Shown here piece by piece: positions 33,360 through 42,966 of a stretch of 64,000 nucleotides of DNA (position 1 is the stretch's first letter; the number at the start of each line of letters is the position of its first letter). The DNA is from a virus. Its lineage: Duplodnaviria; Heunggongvirae; Uroviricota; Caudoviricetes. The notes under the pieces are model-generated. The model was not told the DNA's origin. It did not search any database and worked only from the letters and a program-made list of their open reading frames with translations. The DNA is taken from positions 1-64,000 of the IMG/VR virus record IMGVR_UViG_3300028797_000009, one strand, 5' to 3'. Both the position numbers and the translations under genes were made by a program.

Positions 33360-34781
33360 ATGGATTCTTACTCTATATCCAGAAAACAGCAAAAATTTTT
33401 GGAACTGCTAGAAGATAAGACTCTGATTGAATTATTAGTAGGAGGCTCGGCTGGTGGTTCTAAGACTTTTTGTATTTGTTTGGCAATCCTGCTAACCTGT
33501 AAAAAATATCCAGGGGCTAGGATTTTTGTGGGAAGAAAGACGTTAAAATCTTTGAGGCAATCTACGATTAATACTCTTTTAGGGAAAGTCCATCCTCTTT
33601 TGGGGATTGGGGATACAGAGTTTCATTTTTCCTCGCAAAGTCAGGAATTGTTATATAAGAATGGCTCATTGGTGATTTTTGGTGAATTGGATTATAACCC
33701 ATCGGACCCAGATTTTGCTAGGGTGGGTAGTTTGGAAATTGACATGGCATTTATTGATGAGGCGGGCGAGATTACTCTTCAAGCGAAAAATGCGATTAAA
33801 TCTCGTGTAGGCCGTGGTATTTTGAATTCCGAGTTCGGTATTCCTGGTAAGGTGATTTTGTCCTGTAACCCGAGTATTAACTTTTTAAGGCAAGAATATT
33901 ATGACCCGTATGAAAAACTAGGGGGTGGGGATTTCCAGAAATGGAATATTGGCAAAATGGATATTGACGGGGTAAAACAAGATGTTTTTCGGGGTTTTTT
34001 GAGGATTTCGGCAAAGGATAATCCGTTTCTCCCTCAATCGTATATAGATAACCTCTCCACTTTGCCAGATAGAGAGAGAAAGCGTCTTTTGGAAGGTAAT
34101 TGGAATTATGCCGATGAAGATGACTCGCTATTCAAATCTGGGCTATTAGAAAAGTGTATTGCTTACGAATTGCCAAAGCCGAGTGAAAAATTTAGCAAGT
34201 TTATAGGGGTGGATTTAGCAGATAAAGGTGGCGATAAGACTATCTTTTCTTTGATAGATAATGGCGTGCTTGTTGCTCAAAGAAGGTCTAGTGTTCAGAT
34301 GAATTGGGTAAAGGAGAGCGAATTGCCTCTTTCCAGATTGGTGGCAGATGAATTGATAGAATTCGCCCAAAGAAATGGTTTTAGCCAAAAAGAAGCTCGC
34401 CATATTGCTGTTGAGTGTAATGGTGTCGGCGTAGGGGTAAGAGATTGTTTGAAAGAGCGTGGCTGGTATTTGACGGAGTATATCGCAACGCATAAATCGA
34501 GGTCAGAGGGGTATTATAAGCTGATGTTAGATATGGATTCGGGAAATATAAAGATTATTGAGAATCTAAATGCTCTGGATGAGTTGAGGAAGCAGTTGGC
34601 TGCTCATTCCTACGAGATGGTTAATCAGGAGCCAAGTGTGGTAAAGAAGGATAAAATCAAGCAGGTTGTAGGCCATTCGCCAGATGAGGCAGACTCTTTT
34701 ATGATTGCTAACTGGGTTAAAAACCAGATAACAAATCCAGAAAATGACCCTCATAGGAACCTAAATCGCCTCGGAATTTAG
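33360..34781 (+). CDS. terL: Terminase large subunit
   Basis: 473 aa. Walker A VGGSAGGSKT, Walker B MAFIDEAGE, then a C-terminal nuclease-like region (ADKGGDKT...). Confidence 0.8.
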   Translation: MDSYSISRKQQKFLELLEDKTLIELLVGGSAGGSKTFCICLAILLTCKKYPGARIFVGRKTLKSLRQSTINTLLGKVHPLLGIGDTEFHFSSQSQELLYKNGSLVIFGELDYNPSDPDFARVGSLEIDMAFIDEAGEITLQAKNAIKSRVGRGILNSEFGIPGKVILSCNPSINFLRQEYYDPYEKLGGGDFQKWNIGKMDIDGVKQDVFRGFLRISAKDNPFLPQSYIDNLSTLPDRERKRLLEGNWNYADEDDSLFKSGLLEKCIAYELPKPSEKFSKFIGVDLADKGGDKTIFSLIDNGVLVAQRRSSVQMNWVKESELPLSRLVADELIEFAQRNGFSQKEARHIAVECNGVGVGVRDCLKERGWYLTEYIATHKSRSEGYYKLMLDMDSGNIKIIENLNALDELRKQLAAHSYEMVNQEPSVVKKDKIKQVVGHSPDEADSFMIANWVKNQITNPENDPHRNLNRLGI

Positions 34782-34832
34782 GGTTTTAGGGGTAAAAAAG
34801 TCCAAAAAATGTCAATTTCGTGGGTAAAACCT

Positions 34833-34863
34833 CTTGATTTTTTGGTACTTTTCATATATAATG
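34833..34863 (+). promoter_or_regulatory. conserved-family promoter plus leader
   Basis: cTTGATTttttggtacTTTTCATATATAATGAAAATGGGGGGAGAAAGAGATAAAAGAAAGGAAAATTATG. Confidence 0.5.
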
Positions 34864-34900
34864 AAAATGGGGGGAGAAAGAGATAAAAGAAAGGAAAATT

Positions 34901-35185
34901 ATGAAATATAGAATTTATCAACCAAAAGAAATCAATTTCTTGGTAGATGATAGCAAAATAAACTATTTCAAGGATGATTATGTTCAAACTTATGAAGATG
35001 AGTTGAATGAAGAAATCGCCAAAGAAGATAAAGATTGGATTTTGGAGAGATTGTTTGAAATATTCAACATTCGTCGCCCAGAAGATTTCAAAGGACATAG
35101 TTTATCGTGTAATGATATTGTCGAATTAGACGATAAAGCCTATTTATGTGATGTTATTGGTTGGAAAGAAATTAATTTTGCGTAA
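34901..35185 (+). CDS. hypothetical protein
   Basis: 94-aa ORF behind the family promoter. Confidence 0.45.
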   Translation: MKYRIYQPKEINFLVDDSKINYFKDDYVQTYEDELNEEIAKEDKDWILERLFEIFNIRRPEDFKGHSLSCNDIVELDDKAYLCDVIGWKEINFA

Positions 35186-35201
35186 AAGGAAGGAGAAAGA
35201 C

Positions 35202-35411
35202 ATGAAAATTATTAATTTAGGCGAATTGGGATTAGGATATAGGGAATTAGCCGAGTTGGCAGAGATGTTGACCGAGTTGTCCGATAAAGGTAGGTTATAT
35301 GGTCAAGAATTTGATTTGGATAGTTTGCATATCGGATGGGATGATAAGCGACCGGAAGTTATCTTATTTGATGATTATGGTGCTACGACCGAAGAAGAGG
35401 AGGAAGAGTAA
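35202..35411 (+). CDS. hypothetical acidic protein
   Basis: In-frame part of ORF 35148..35411; ATG at 35202 follows aaggaaggag; ends TTEEEEEE*. Confidence 0.4.
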   Translation: MKIINLGELGLGYRELAELAEMLTELSDKGRLYGQEFDLDSLHIGWDDKRPEVILFDDYGATTEEEEEE

Positions 35412-35653
35412 TGTTAAAAGGTTATATAGTCTGGAATCAAACAACTTATGATACGGGTTATCAGTTCTTTGGTGTTTATCGAACAAGGGAAGAAGCCGAA
35501 GCAAAACTACGAGAAGTAGTGAAAAAACGATTTGGCAAATTGCCGAGAGATTGGGATGAATTAATCGAATGGGAAGGGGATGAAGATTCATTCAATATCA
35601 CAAAGTTTGATGGGAATGAAGAATTAAAACTATTGTCTAAAGAGGAAGGTTAA
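35411..35653 (+). CDS. hypothetical protein
   Basis: 80-aa ORF. Confidence 0.4.
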   Translation: MLKGYIVWNQTTYDTGYQFFGVYRTREEAEAKLREVVKKRFGKLPRDWDELIEWEGDEDSFNITKFDGNEELKLLSKEEG

Positions 35654-35667
35654 AAGAAAGGATTATT

Positions 35668-35943
35668 ATGCGTGAGTTTATGGTTCAAGTGTGTAAGTGG
35701 CGAGATAAAGTAAATGGCAACACTTATCACAATGTAGTGGTTATTCTTGATGACCATAATTATTTGAGGAGTGGGTTTAAGTATGGGTATGGCAACCAGT
35801 ATATCGAAACGGCTATGGATTTGATTCGTGAGCGTTATCCTTATGCGAAGATTAAGGAAAATCAGATTATTACGATTTACGAAGAAACAGTTTCGTCTAA
35901 AAAAGCGTGCGAAAATTTTCGAGGTGTCTTAATCTTGGATTAA
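35668..35943 (+). CDS. hypothetical protein
   Basis: 91-aa ORF. Confidence 0.4.
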   Translation: MREFMVQVCKWRDKVNGNTYHNVVVILDDHNYLRSGFKYGYGNQYIETAMDLIRERYPYAKIKENQIITIYEETVSSKKACENFRGVLILD

Positions 35944-36034
35944 AGCAAAATTGCCTCACGAAAGTGGGGCATTTTTTTGTATAAATCGAGTGATAAAATA
36001 ATTCTACTAACAAAAATAAAACAAGGAACTTTCT

Positions 36035-36454
36035 ATGAAAATAGTGTATGAAAAACCAGAGGATGCCACTCCATTTGACTTGGATAGGTATTATAAATCG
36101 TTAAATAGATACGGGAAAGTTCCAAAAGAAATTATTGCGGAAGAGATTGAAAATTTGCGAAACCAGTTTAGCGATACAATCCACGTTTCTTGTCTTGTTA
36201 ATTTAGGTGCTAGGTTAATTGAGGATGAAGATAGGGCTAGGGAGTATTGGGAAGCACACGCAAAGAATCTAGTAGGTTTTGAGAGATTAAGGCGAATTAC
36301 TGGATATTTGGTAGGAACGCTTGACCGTTGGAATGATGGTAAAAAGGCTGAAGAGCGAGAAAGAGTGAAGCATTCTGTCGGTCAATATACAGTAGAAGAA
36401 AAGATTGAGCGAGAGAAGAAGAAACAAGAACAAATCGTAAGTAGTGAGGAATAA
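36035..36454 (+). CDS. hypothetical protein
   Basis: 139-aa ORF. Confidence 0.45.
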   Translation: MKIVYEKPEDATPFDLDRYYKSLNRYGKVPKEIIAEEIENLRNQFSDTIHVSCLVNLGARLIEDEDRAREYWEAHAKNLVGFERLRRITGYLVGTLDRWNDGKKAEERERVKHSVGQYTVEEKIEREKKKQEQIVSSEE

Positions 36455-36478
36455 TTTTCTGCTATACTAATAACTAGA

Positions 36479-37348
36479 ATGAAAAAGGAAAAATATCTAG
36501 CAATTCTAGGCAAAGTTGAAGAGTTAGAAATGGCTCTCAATGGGAATGGAGGAGGTAATCCTAATCACGACGAATTAGGAAGGTTTACTACTGGTCCTGG
36601 TGGTAAAGTTGAAAAAACATCTGGCAAAGGTGAGTTTACTTTGAGTAAAGACGCTCAAAAAGTTTTTGACGAGGTTGATGATTGGACGGATGGTGCTTAT
36701 AAAAAGGATTTGAAGAAAATCTATGACGAGTTTAGTGAACTTGGTGTAGATGTTGATAAAATCAAGTTCGAAACGAATACCAATAAACTGCCAGGTAGTA
36801 TGGGGGATTATATTAAAGTACATAAAAATTTAGGGGGGTGTGCTACTACCAAGAAAAATCTCGAAGCGGTTATCTGGCTAAATAGAGATGACCAAGAAGA
36901 CTATATTCCTATGAGCGGTAGGAAAAAGTATCTCGAAGGCAAAGATGTTAAAGACCAGCCACATGGTGTTGATAGTACTGCTCTGGGGATTATAAGACAT
37001 GAATTAGGGCATATAGTGGCGGCTACTGTGTATATGAATAGTCGTGGTCGAAAAGCAACAGGTGGCTCGTTGAATATGGGTGCCGTGAGGATTGATGCTA
37101 ATCAAAGATTTAAGAAGATATTTGGTAATAATTACGATTATAACAAACTAAAAATGTCTAGGTATGGTTTGACTAACCACGGAGAAGCAATAGCCGAAGC
37201 GTTTTCTAATCCAGATTTTTCGGAGGATACAAGGAAGATTTATGATTATTACAAAAAGGAGTTGTCGAAAATTAAGAGCAAAAATGCTATTGAGAAAGAT
37301 TCTGAATGGATTATTCTTTGTGATGGGTATCCAAAGGACAGAGAATGA
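36479..37348 (+). CDS. Putative head-packaged effector: Gly-rich N-terminal motif plus HExxH zinc-metallopeptidase-like domain
   Basis: 289 aa. N-terminus LAILGKVEELEMALNGNGGGNPNHDELGRFTTGPGGKVEKTSGKG is a variant of the motif shared with 37631, 42929 and 44480. C-terminal region GIIRHELGHIVAA contains HExxH. Confidence 0.5.
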   Translation: MKKEKYLAILGKVEELEMALNGNGGGNPNHDELGRFTTGPGGKVEKTSGKGEFTLSKDAQKVFDEVDDWTDGAYKKDLKKIYDEFSELGVDVDKIKFETNTNKLPGSMGDYIKVHKNLGGCATTKKNLEAVIWLNRDDQEDYIPMSGRKKYLEGKDVKDQPHGVDSTALGIIRHELGHIVAATVYMNSRGRKATGGSLNMGAVRIDANQRFKKIFGNNYDYNKLKMSRYGLTNHGEAIAEAFSNPDFSEDTRKIYDYYKKELSKIKSKNAIEKDSEWIILCDGYPKDRE

Positions 37349-37650
37349 TAGTATTCTATACAGCGTCATGTGAGGGGTGTTCTGGTAATAGAGCATTGGC
37401 AAATATGAAGGTTCGCTGTGAAAAAGCAGGTCTAAAATTCCAAGAGAGGCGAACAATCTTCTTTTATGTGTTTGAAAATGAGGCAAATGAGATAATGGAA
37501 AAGTCTGGGGTAAAACTACCTTTCTTCTATGGCACAGAATCGGGGAATGTTTTAGTAGGGAATTCGTTTACTCCACTTGATGATATAGATAAACTAATTG
37601 ATGCTGAATTAGAAGCACAGAAAGGCAAAGATGAAGAAACAGGTCTATGA
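37345..37650 (+). CDS. thioredoxin/glutaredoxin-like CxxC protein
   Basis: 101 aa. VFYTASCEGCSGN (CxxC at the start of helix 1) and KLPFFYGTESGNVLVG (the cis-Pro and GG region of glutaredoxin-like folds). Confidence 0.4.
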   Translation: MIVFYTASCEGCSGNRALANMKVRCEKAGLKFQERRTIFFYVFENEANEIMEKSGVKLPFFYGTESGNVLVGNSFTPLDDIDKLIDAELEAQKGKDEETGL

Positions 37651-38254
37651 AGAACTATCTAAAAAGGTGGGTATCTTAGATGTATTGATAAATGGGGGAA
37701 AAGGAAGTGGAAATTTTGGGCATGCCGGTCGTCCAGGTAAAAGAGGTGGCTCTGGTAAAGGTGGTAAAGGTGTCGGAGCGATGGTCCGTGGGGTGAAGTC
37801 TTATAACCCTGATGAAGAGATGGATGGTGGCTTTACTGTGAATATAAATAAAGGCAATTCTTATGTCCTAGGAGAGTCTGAGGGCTTCGCTGTGGGTGGT
37901 TTTGGGACAGAGAAGATTGTTGATAGTAAAGACTTCCTAAATCCGAAGAAACGAATGAAGATTTTAAGGGATTATTACAAGGAGAATGAAAAAGCATTAA
38001 AAGAGAAAGGGGCTTGTCTTGGCGGTTGGGTGCCTTCGAGCGGGGACTTAAAAGGTAAATTAGTGCTTGATGTTTCTAGGGTGTTTAAGAGTGAAAAAGA
38101 GGCGGCAAAATGGGCTGTTAAAACTGACCAAGATAGTATTACGGATTTCAAGGGAGTAGATTGGCCATCGACAAAGGACTTGGTTAAGAAGTATGGTTTA
38201 GAGAAAGAAGCGGAAAAATCCAAAGGGATGAGAGCCGCTGAAAGAAATGCTTGA
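37631..38254 (+). CDS. Putative head-packaged protein with the conserved Gly-rich N-terminal motif
   Basis: 207 aa. YEELSKKVGILDVLINGGKGSGNFGHAGRPGKRGGSGKGGKG; the remainder is uncharacterised. Confidence 0.45.
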   Translation: MKKQVYEELSKKVGILDVLINGGKGSGNFGHAGRPGKRGGSGKGGKGVGAMVRGVKSYNPDEEMDGGFTVNINKGNSYVLGESEGFAVGGFGTEKIVDSKDFLNPKKRMKILRDYYKENEKALKEKGACLGGWVPSSGDLKGKLVLDVSRVFKSEKEAAKWAVKTDQDSITDFKGVDWPSTKDLVKKYGLEKEAEKSKGMRAAERNA

Positions 38255-38306
38255 TTTTCCAGAGTTTTTCGTTTATAATGTTTATTAATATAAGTTAAAG
38301 GGTAAT

Positions 38307-38543
38307 ATGGCAAGGAAAAAGTCAGATAAGCAAGAATGGATGAAAGTTCCTGATTGGTTGAAAAAGGTTAGCGATAAGGAAGTTGCTAGTTCGGTTTTTG
38401 CTATTATGTTCAATTGGGAAATGTCTGGTCCAGATGAGTTTGACGATTTGCGTGAATACATCAAAGATATTTTTGACGATTTGAGTGATAAGCAGGTTGA
38501 TGAAGTTGCTGATTTATTGATTGAGCATAAAGTGGTTGAATAA
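38307..38543 (+). CDS. hypothetical acidic protein
   Basis: 78-aa ORF. Confidence 0.4.
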   Translation: MARKKSDKQEWMKVPDWLKKVSDKEVASSVFAIMFNWEMSGPDEFDDLREYIKDIFDDLSDKQVDEVADLLIEHKVVE

Positions 38544-38667
38544 TTCTTGTTTTTGGTTTATAATAAGATTGTTCGGATTATTTATTAATTTATAATCTGA
38601 ATCTTGTATGTATTGCAGAGAAGGCTCGTGAATTGCGGGCTTTTTCTGTTATTGCTAAAATATTAGT

Positions 38668-39204
38668 ATGAAAAAGTTGCCAGTATGTAAAATTTGTGGT
38701 GGCCCACATTATGCCTACGCCTGTTTTAGAAATCCGAAGAGAAAATCGGCATTTAAGGCTCATTTTAGGGGCGTAGAGCGAACTAAACAAAAAAAGATGG
38801 CTAATGGTACGTTCACGGCACAAGACCGTCGTAAAGATTTGATTTATAAGTTAGATTTGGCGGTTAGTAGATATGTTCGCCAATATTATGCCGATAAAAA
38901 CGGGATTTGTACCTGCTACACCTGTGGAAAGAGGGTTCCTTGGAAGGGGGCTGATTGTTCGCATTATATTTCTAGGAGGTTTAATGGGACTAGGTTCGAT
39001 TTAGATAATCTTCGGGTATGTTGTCAGTATTGTAATCGGATTCTACATGGTAATTTAGATGAATATAAGAAGCATCTAATTAAAGATATTGGTAAAAAGA
39101 GAGTTGACGATTTGTGGGTAAAGAAGGATAAAAAAATTACGACACCGGAGCTGGAAGAATTACTAAAAAAGTACCAAAATCTCTTGAAAAATATGCACAA
39201 GTGA
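38668..39204 (+). CDS. HNH endonuclease
   Basis: 178 aa. N-terminal CKICGGPHYAYAC. HNH core CSHYISRRFNGTRFDLDNLRVCCQYCN..LHGN (His, Asn, Asn, and a CxxC pair). Confidence 0.6.
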   Translation: MKKLPVCKICGGPHYAYACFRNPKRKSAFKAHFRGVERTKQKKMANGTFTAQDRRKDLIYKLDLAVSRYVRQYYADKNGICTCYTCGKRVPWKGADCSHYISRRFNGTRFDLDNLRVCCQYCNRILHGNLDEYKKHLIKDIGKKRVDDLWVKKDKKITTPELEELLKKYQNLLKNMHK

Positions 39205-39244
39205 TTTATAATTATAAATGTAAAGTATTAAAAGAAAGGAATTT

Positions 39245-39568
39245 ATGGCTAGAAATGAAATTCTTACCAAAAACAAATATAAAGAGATAAAACAATATCA
39301 GAAGAAAACGGGTAAAGATAATAAGTCCGTTTCGGATAAATTTGGTTATAGTTTAGCGACTATTAGCCGTATAAGAAGTTCGAATAACTACAAAGGTTAT
39401 AAAGCCAAAGTTCAAGCAAAGAAACCTGCGGCGGAAAAAGAATTGGAAGAGTTCTTGAAAAATCCGAAGGTTGATGAGTCTTTGGAAGAGTTGGCGGCTA
39501 AATTTGTAGGTAAGCAAAAGAAGGCAAAGCCGACATTTTGGCAGAAGTTAAAGGCTCATTTCTGCTAA
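39245..39568 (+). CDS. small HTH DNA-binding protein
   Basis: 107 aa; SVSDKFGYSLATISRIRS is a helix-turn-helix. Confidence 0.4.
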   Translation: MARNEILTKNKYKEIKQYQKKTGKDNKSVSDKFGYSLATISRIRSSNNYKGYKAKVQAKKPAAEKELEEFLKNPKVDESLEELAAKFVGKQKKAKPTFWQKLKAHFC

Positions 39569-39596
39569 TTAGAAATAATGCTATAATAAGGGCGAA

Positions 39597-39878
39597 ATGG
39601 ATAAAGTAGCCCTTATTTTTATATCGATTCTTGGTTTTTGGAAAATTTACGATTTATTTTTTCCAGAGAAAACTTCTTTGGGGAAGAAATTGGTTAAAAA
39701 GATTATCGAGTATAAACTTCTCAAGGCCTTCTATAAAGATTTTATATACGATATAATAAATAAAGATACAGTATCTCGACAAACGCTAGATGAATGGCTT
39801 AATGTTGAGTACGAATCTTGGCTTGCTACAAAGGTAAAATCGGGTGAGTTATCTGATATAATTAAAACTAAAGAGTAA
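39597..39878 (+). CDS. hypothetical protein
   Basis: 93-aa ORF with a hydrophobic N-terminus. Confidence 0.4.
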   Translation: MDKVALIFISILGFWKIYDLFFPEKTSLGKKLVKKIIEYKLLKAFYKDFIYDIINKDTVSRQTLDEWLNVEYESWLATKVKSGELSDIIKTKE

Positions 39879-39894
39879 TGCTTGCAGGTGCTAA

Positions 39895-42800
39895 ATGGGA
39901 ATTAGAGAAAAAATTGTAAATGCCCTTGGCGGAACTGTGGCCAAGAAAACCACGAATACTGCTTACGGGAATGATTTTTTGAAGTATGGGAATAGAGCTA
40001 ATCCTCTTGTTGGGGATTGGTCAGAGGTGAAGATTTCTGATGAGGATATGTATAAAGGGTATTCCTACGCAGTAATCCAGAAACGAGGTAATAAAGTTGC
40101 TTCTTTGGCAAAGTCTAATCTAAAAACTTGGGCAAAACCAGAGGTTGTTGATGCTTATCAGAAGAAAAATCAAACTCCGTATCATCCGTATTTGAAATTG
40201 ATTGAAGATTCGAAAAAGTTTACAACCAAGCAGTTTTATAAAAATATTTCTATTTATCTTGATTTAGCTGGTGTGTATTTTTTGGGTGTAGTAAGGGCAA
40301 AGCGTGAATCTAATGATAAAACGAAGTTCCCTGATATTATTACTGACGCAAAAGAATTTATTATGCTCAACCCATATGAAATACGTAGGGTTGTAAACAA
40401 AGATGGTATCGTGGCTGGCTATATTGAGCGAAAGAAAGATGGTCGTTATCGTGAATGGCCGAAGCATATGATTATCGAGATGAAGGAGTTAAATCCTTTC
40501 GAGAGTGAAAAGAGCCAATGGTCTATGACCGATGCGGCGAAAGAGGCTGTTTACACAATCAACCAATCTGCCGATTATACTCGTCAAAGTTTGAATGGTA
40601 ATATCGAAGCACCTGGGATTATTACCACGGATGTGATTTTGACGGATGAGGATTTTGCTAACTTCAAGGCTCGTGTTCAAGAGCATAAGAAGGGTGAACC
40701 TCTATTTGGTAATGGTGCTGGTGCTATTAAGTGGGATTCAATGCAGGTTGATTTGGATAGAGCCGCTTTAATGGATATTAACGAGATTAATAGGACGACC
40801 TTATTCGCAGTAAGCGGTACTTCTAAAACAGCATTAGGCATTGAGCAAAGTGGCACCACTAGGGATACGGCAAATGTCCAGCGTGAGCAGTTGATGAGTG
40901 ATACGATTCAACCTCGTTTGGAAGATATTGTGGATTTCTTGAATTTGGATTATCGTCAGATGTACCCTCGTGAATATGAAACAACTGGGTACTTGATTGA
41001 AGTTGAGAGTGCTGTGAGCCGAGATTATAGCACGGAAACCGCCGCTGTCGGTATGCGTGAGGCACAATTTAATCTGTTCAAATTGGTTGCTGATTCGGGT
41101 TATACTGACGAGTCCGCTGTCCAATATGCTGATGGTGAGATTGAACTTTCTGATTTGGAAGTTGACGAAGAGAAGAAGAGAAAAGCCGAAAAGCAAGCCG
41201 AAGCGATGGTAAAGATTCGTGAAGGCGGTAGTAATGATGATGAAGAGCAACCCGATGGCGGAAATAACCCGTCAGATGATAATGGTGGTGGGGGTAATTC
41301 TCCAAAAACTAGTGGGGAAGAGGACGAGGAAAATAGTCTAGATGGCTATGAAAATATTCCCGGAACGCTTGGTGAATTAGTCAAGATGGATAAAGAGTTG
41401 TCTAATAATGATACTGAGTGTGAGGAAGAGGGTGAGTGTCATAAACCTGCCCCTGTTCAAGTCTATGAGAATGATTTGAGCGTGGTAGATGTAAAAGTAT
41501 TAGATGAGAGTTATAACGCTTTTTTAGACCGTGTTAAAGAAGTCCAGAGGGAAACTCTAAGGGCTTCTGAAACTAAACTAACAGTAAATGCTTTCACAGA
41601 AAACGATATTATCACTGAGAAGAAAAAGAAACAGCTTACTGAAAAGTTGAAAAATGCTCTAAAACAATATTGGTGGATTTTGGTTCCTCTATTTGGTACT
41701 AATGCTGTAAACCAGCGGAATAATGAGTTCGGCGAGAATTACGTCTTTAAATTTACTAATGAGATGAAGGGTATCGTAGAGGATAACGCTCAAAGAGTGG
41801 CCGAAGGTCATATGGAAACAATTTTAGATGATGTCTTATCTGCGAGTAATGCCGCTTTCACAAAGGTAGTAGAAACTGCTGCTGGTGAATTATTGATTAA
41901 GGCGTATAAAGCAAGTCCAGATAAGTATGCCGATTTCTTCGACCATATTCCAACGATTGACGAAGCAATTCGTGTGATTAGGAAAACGGATATTTTGGAG
42001 CGTAATCGTAAGATTTATGAAAAAGCCAATAAGATGGCTCGTGAAGGTTATGACCGTCAAAAAATTATAAAGTCTATCCGTGAAGAGTATAAGGAAGTTG
42101 GGCAGAATAGGGCAATCTTAATTGCTCAAAATGAAACTTCTAGGGCATTTGGTAAATCTCAATATGAGGCTGATTATCAGTTCTTGAATTCAATTGGAAA
42201 ATTACAGAATGCTTATAAAGAGATGTATAGCCGAACTGGTAATCCTTGTAAATACTGTAAGGCATTGATTGATAAAGGCCCGATTCCGTTCACAGAGAAT
42301 TTCTTGAATAAGGGCGAATCGATTACCGTAAACTCCAATGGTAAAGTATCTACCTTTACCGCTGATTATGAGGCAATTGAAGGTGGAAATGTCCATCCTA
42401 GGTGTTTCTGTTCATATAGGTTAGTGTTCAAAGATAATAAAGTGGAGAACGAAAATGGTGTCAGGGCAAGTTTACTTGATGGCGGGTATAATTTGTCTAC
42501 TTGGATTGGTAATAATGCTTTTGTTAGGGAGCAGGAAAAGGAAATAAATACTACTGTCGATATTGTGGATGGTGAAAAAACTATTCATATTGATTTGGAT
42601 GATTTAGAAGAAAAGAAAGAAGAGTCCGAAGAAGTAAAAGAGGTAGAAGAAACTTCGGAGATTGAGCCAGAAGTTCCAGATGCGTATTTCGAAACAACAT
42701 TTGTGGGTGATGATTATAAAATGCCACTTGATGAAGAGGGTGAAGCAAGAATTCAGGCTATTCGTGATGGTATTAACGAGGAAAAGACGGTTATGCCGAT

Positions 42801-42966
42801 TATTTGCCGAAGAGTTGAAGAAGGCAAATATGCTGTCGAGGCTGGTCTTGAAAGATTAAGGGCATATTATTTGGAGAAGAAAGAACCTGTTATTAGGTCA
42901 TTTACCACACCTCAGGATTGTTTGAAGTATGTTGAGGAACACGCCGATGAATTTGAGATTGTCTAG
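39895..42966 (+). CDS. Giant head protein: portal-like N-terminal region, acidic Gly linker, MuF (SPP1 gp7-like) head-morphogenesis domain, and an extra C-terminal domain
   Basis: 1023 aa. A linker ~aa 440-480 (DDEEQPDGGNNPSDDNGGGGNSPKTSGEEDEENS) separates an N-terminal ~440-aa region from a MuF-like region carrying the hallmark NPCKYC...(34 aa)...HPRCFCS motif. About 170 aa of unknown function follow. Confidence 0.5.
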   Translation: MGIREKIVNALGGTVAKKTTNTAYGNDFLKYGNRANPLVGDWSEVKISDEDMYKGYSYAVIQKRGNKVASLAKSNLKTWAKPEVVDAYQKKNQTPYHPYLKLIEDSKKFTTKQFYKNISIYLDLAGVYFLGVVRAKRESNDKTKFPDIITDAKEFIMLNPYEIRRVVNKDGIVAGYIERKKDGRYREWPKHMIIEMKELNPFESEKSQWSMTDAAKEAVYTINQSADYTRQSLNGNIEAPGIITTDVILTDEDFANFKARVQEHKKGEPLFGNGAGAIKWDSMQVDLDRAALMDINEINRTTLFAVSGTSKTALGIEQSGTTRDTANVQREQLMSDTIQPRLEDIVDFLNLDYRQMYPREYETTGYLIEVESAVSRDYSTETAAVGMREAQFNLFKLVADSGYTDESAVQYADGEIELSDLEVDEEKKRKAEKQAEAMVKIREGGSNDDEEQPDGGNNPSDDNGGGGNSPKTSGEEDEENSLDGYENIPGTLGELVKMDKELSNNDTECEEEGECHKPAPVQVYENDLSVVDVKVLDESYNAFLDRVKEVQRETLRASETKLTVNAFTENDIITEKKKKQLTEKLKNALKQYWWILVPLFGTNAVNQRNNEFGENYVFKFTNEMKGIVEDNAQRVAEGHMETILDDVLSASNAAFTKVVETAAGELLIKAYKASPDKYADFFDHIPTIDEAIRVIRKTDILERNRKIYEKANKMAREGYDRQKIIKSIREEYKEVGQNRAILIAQNETSRAFGKSQYEADYQFLNSIGKLQNAYKEMYSRTGNPCKYCKALIDKGPIPFTENFLNKGESITVNSNGKVSTFTADYEAIEGGNVHPRCFCSYRLVFKDNKVENENGVRASLLDGGYNLSTWIGNNAFVREQEKEINTTVDIVDGEKTIHIDLDDLEEKKEESEEVKEVEETSEIEPEVPDAYFETTFVGDDYKMPLDEEGEARIQAIRDGINEEKTVMPIICRRVEEGKYAVEAGLERLRAYYLEKKEPVIRSFTTPQDCLKYVEEHADEFEIV

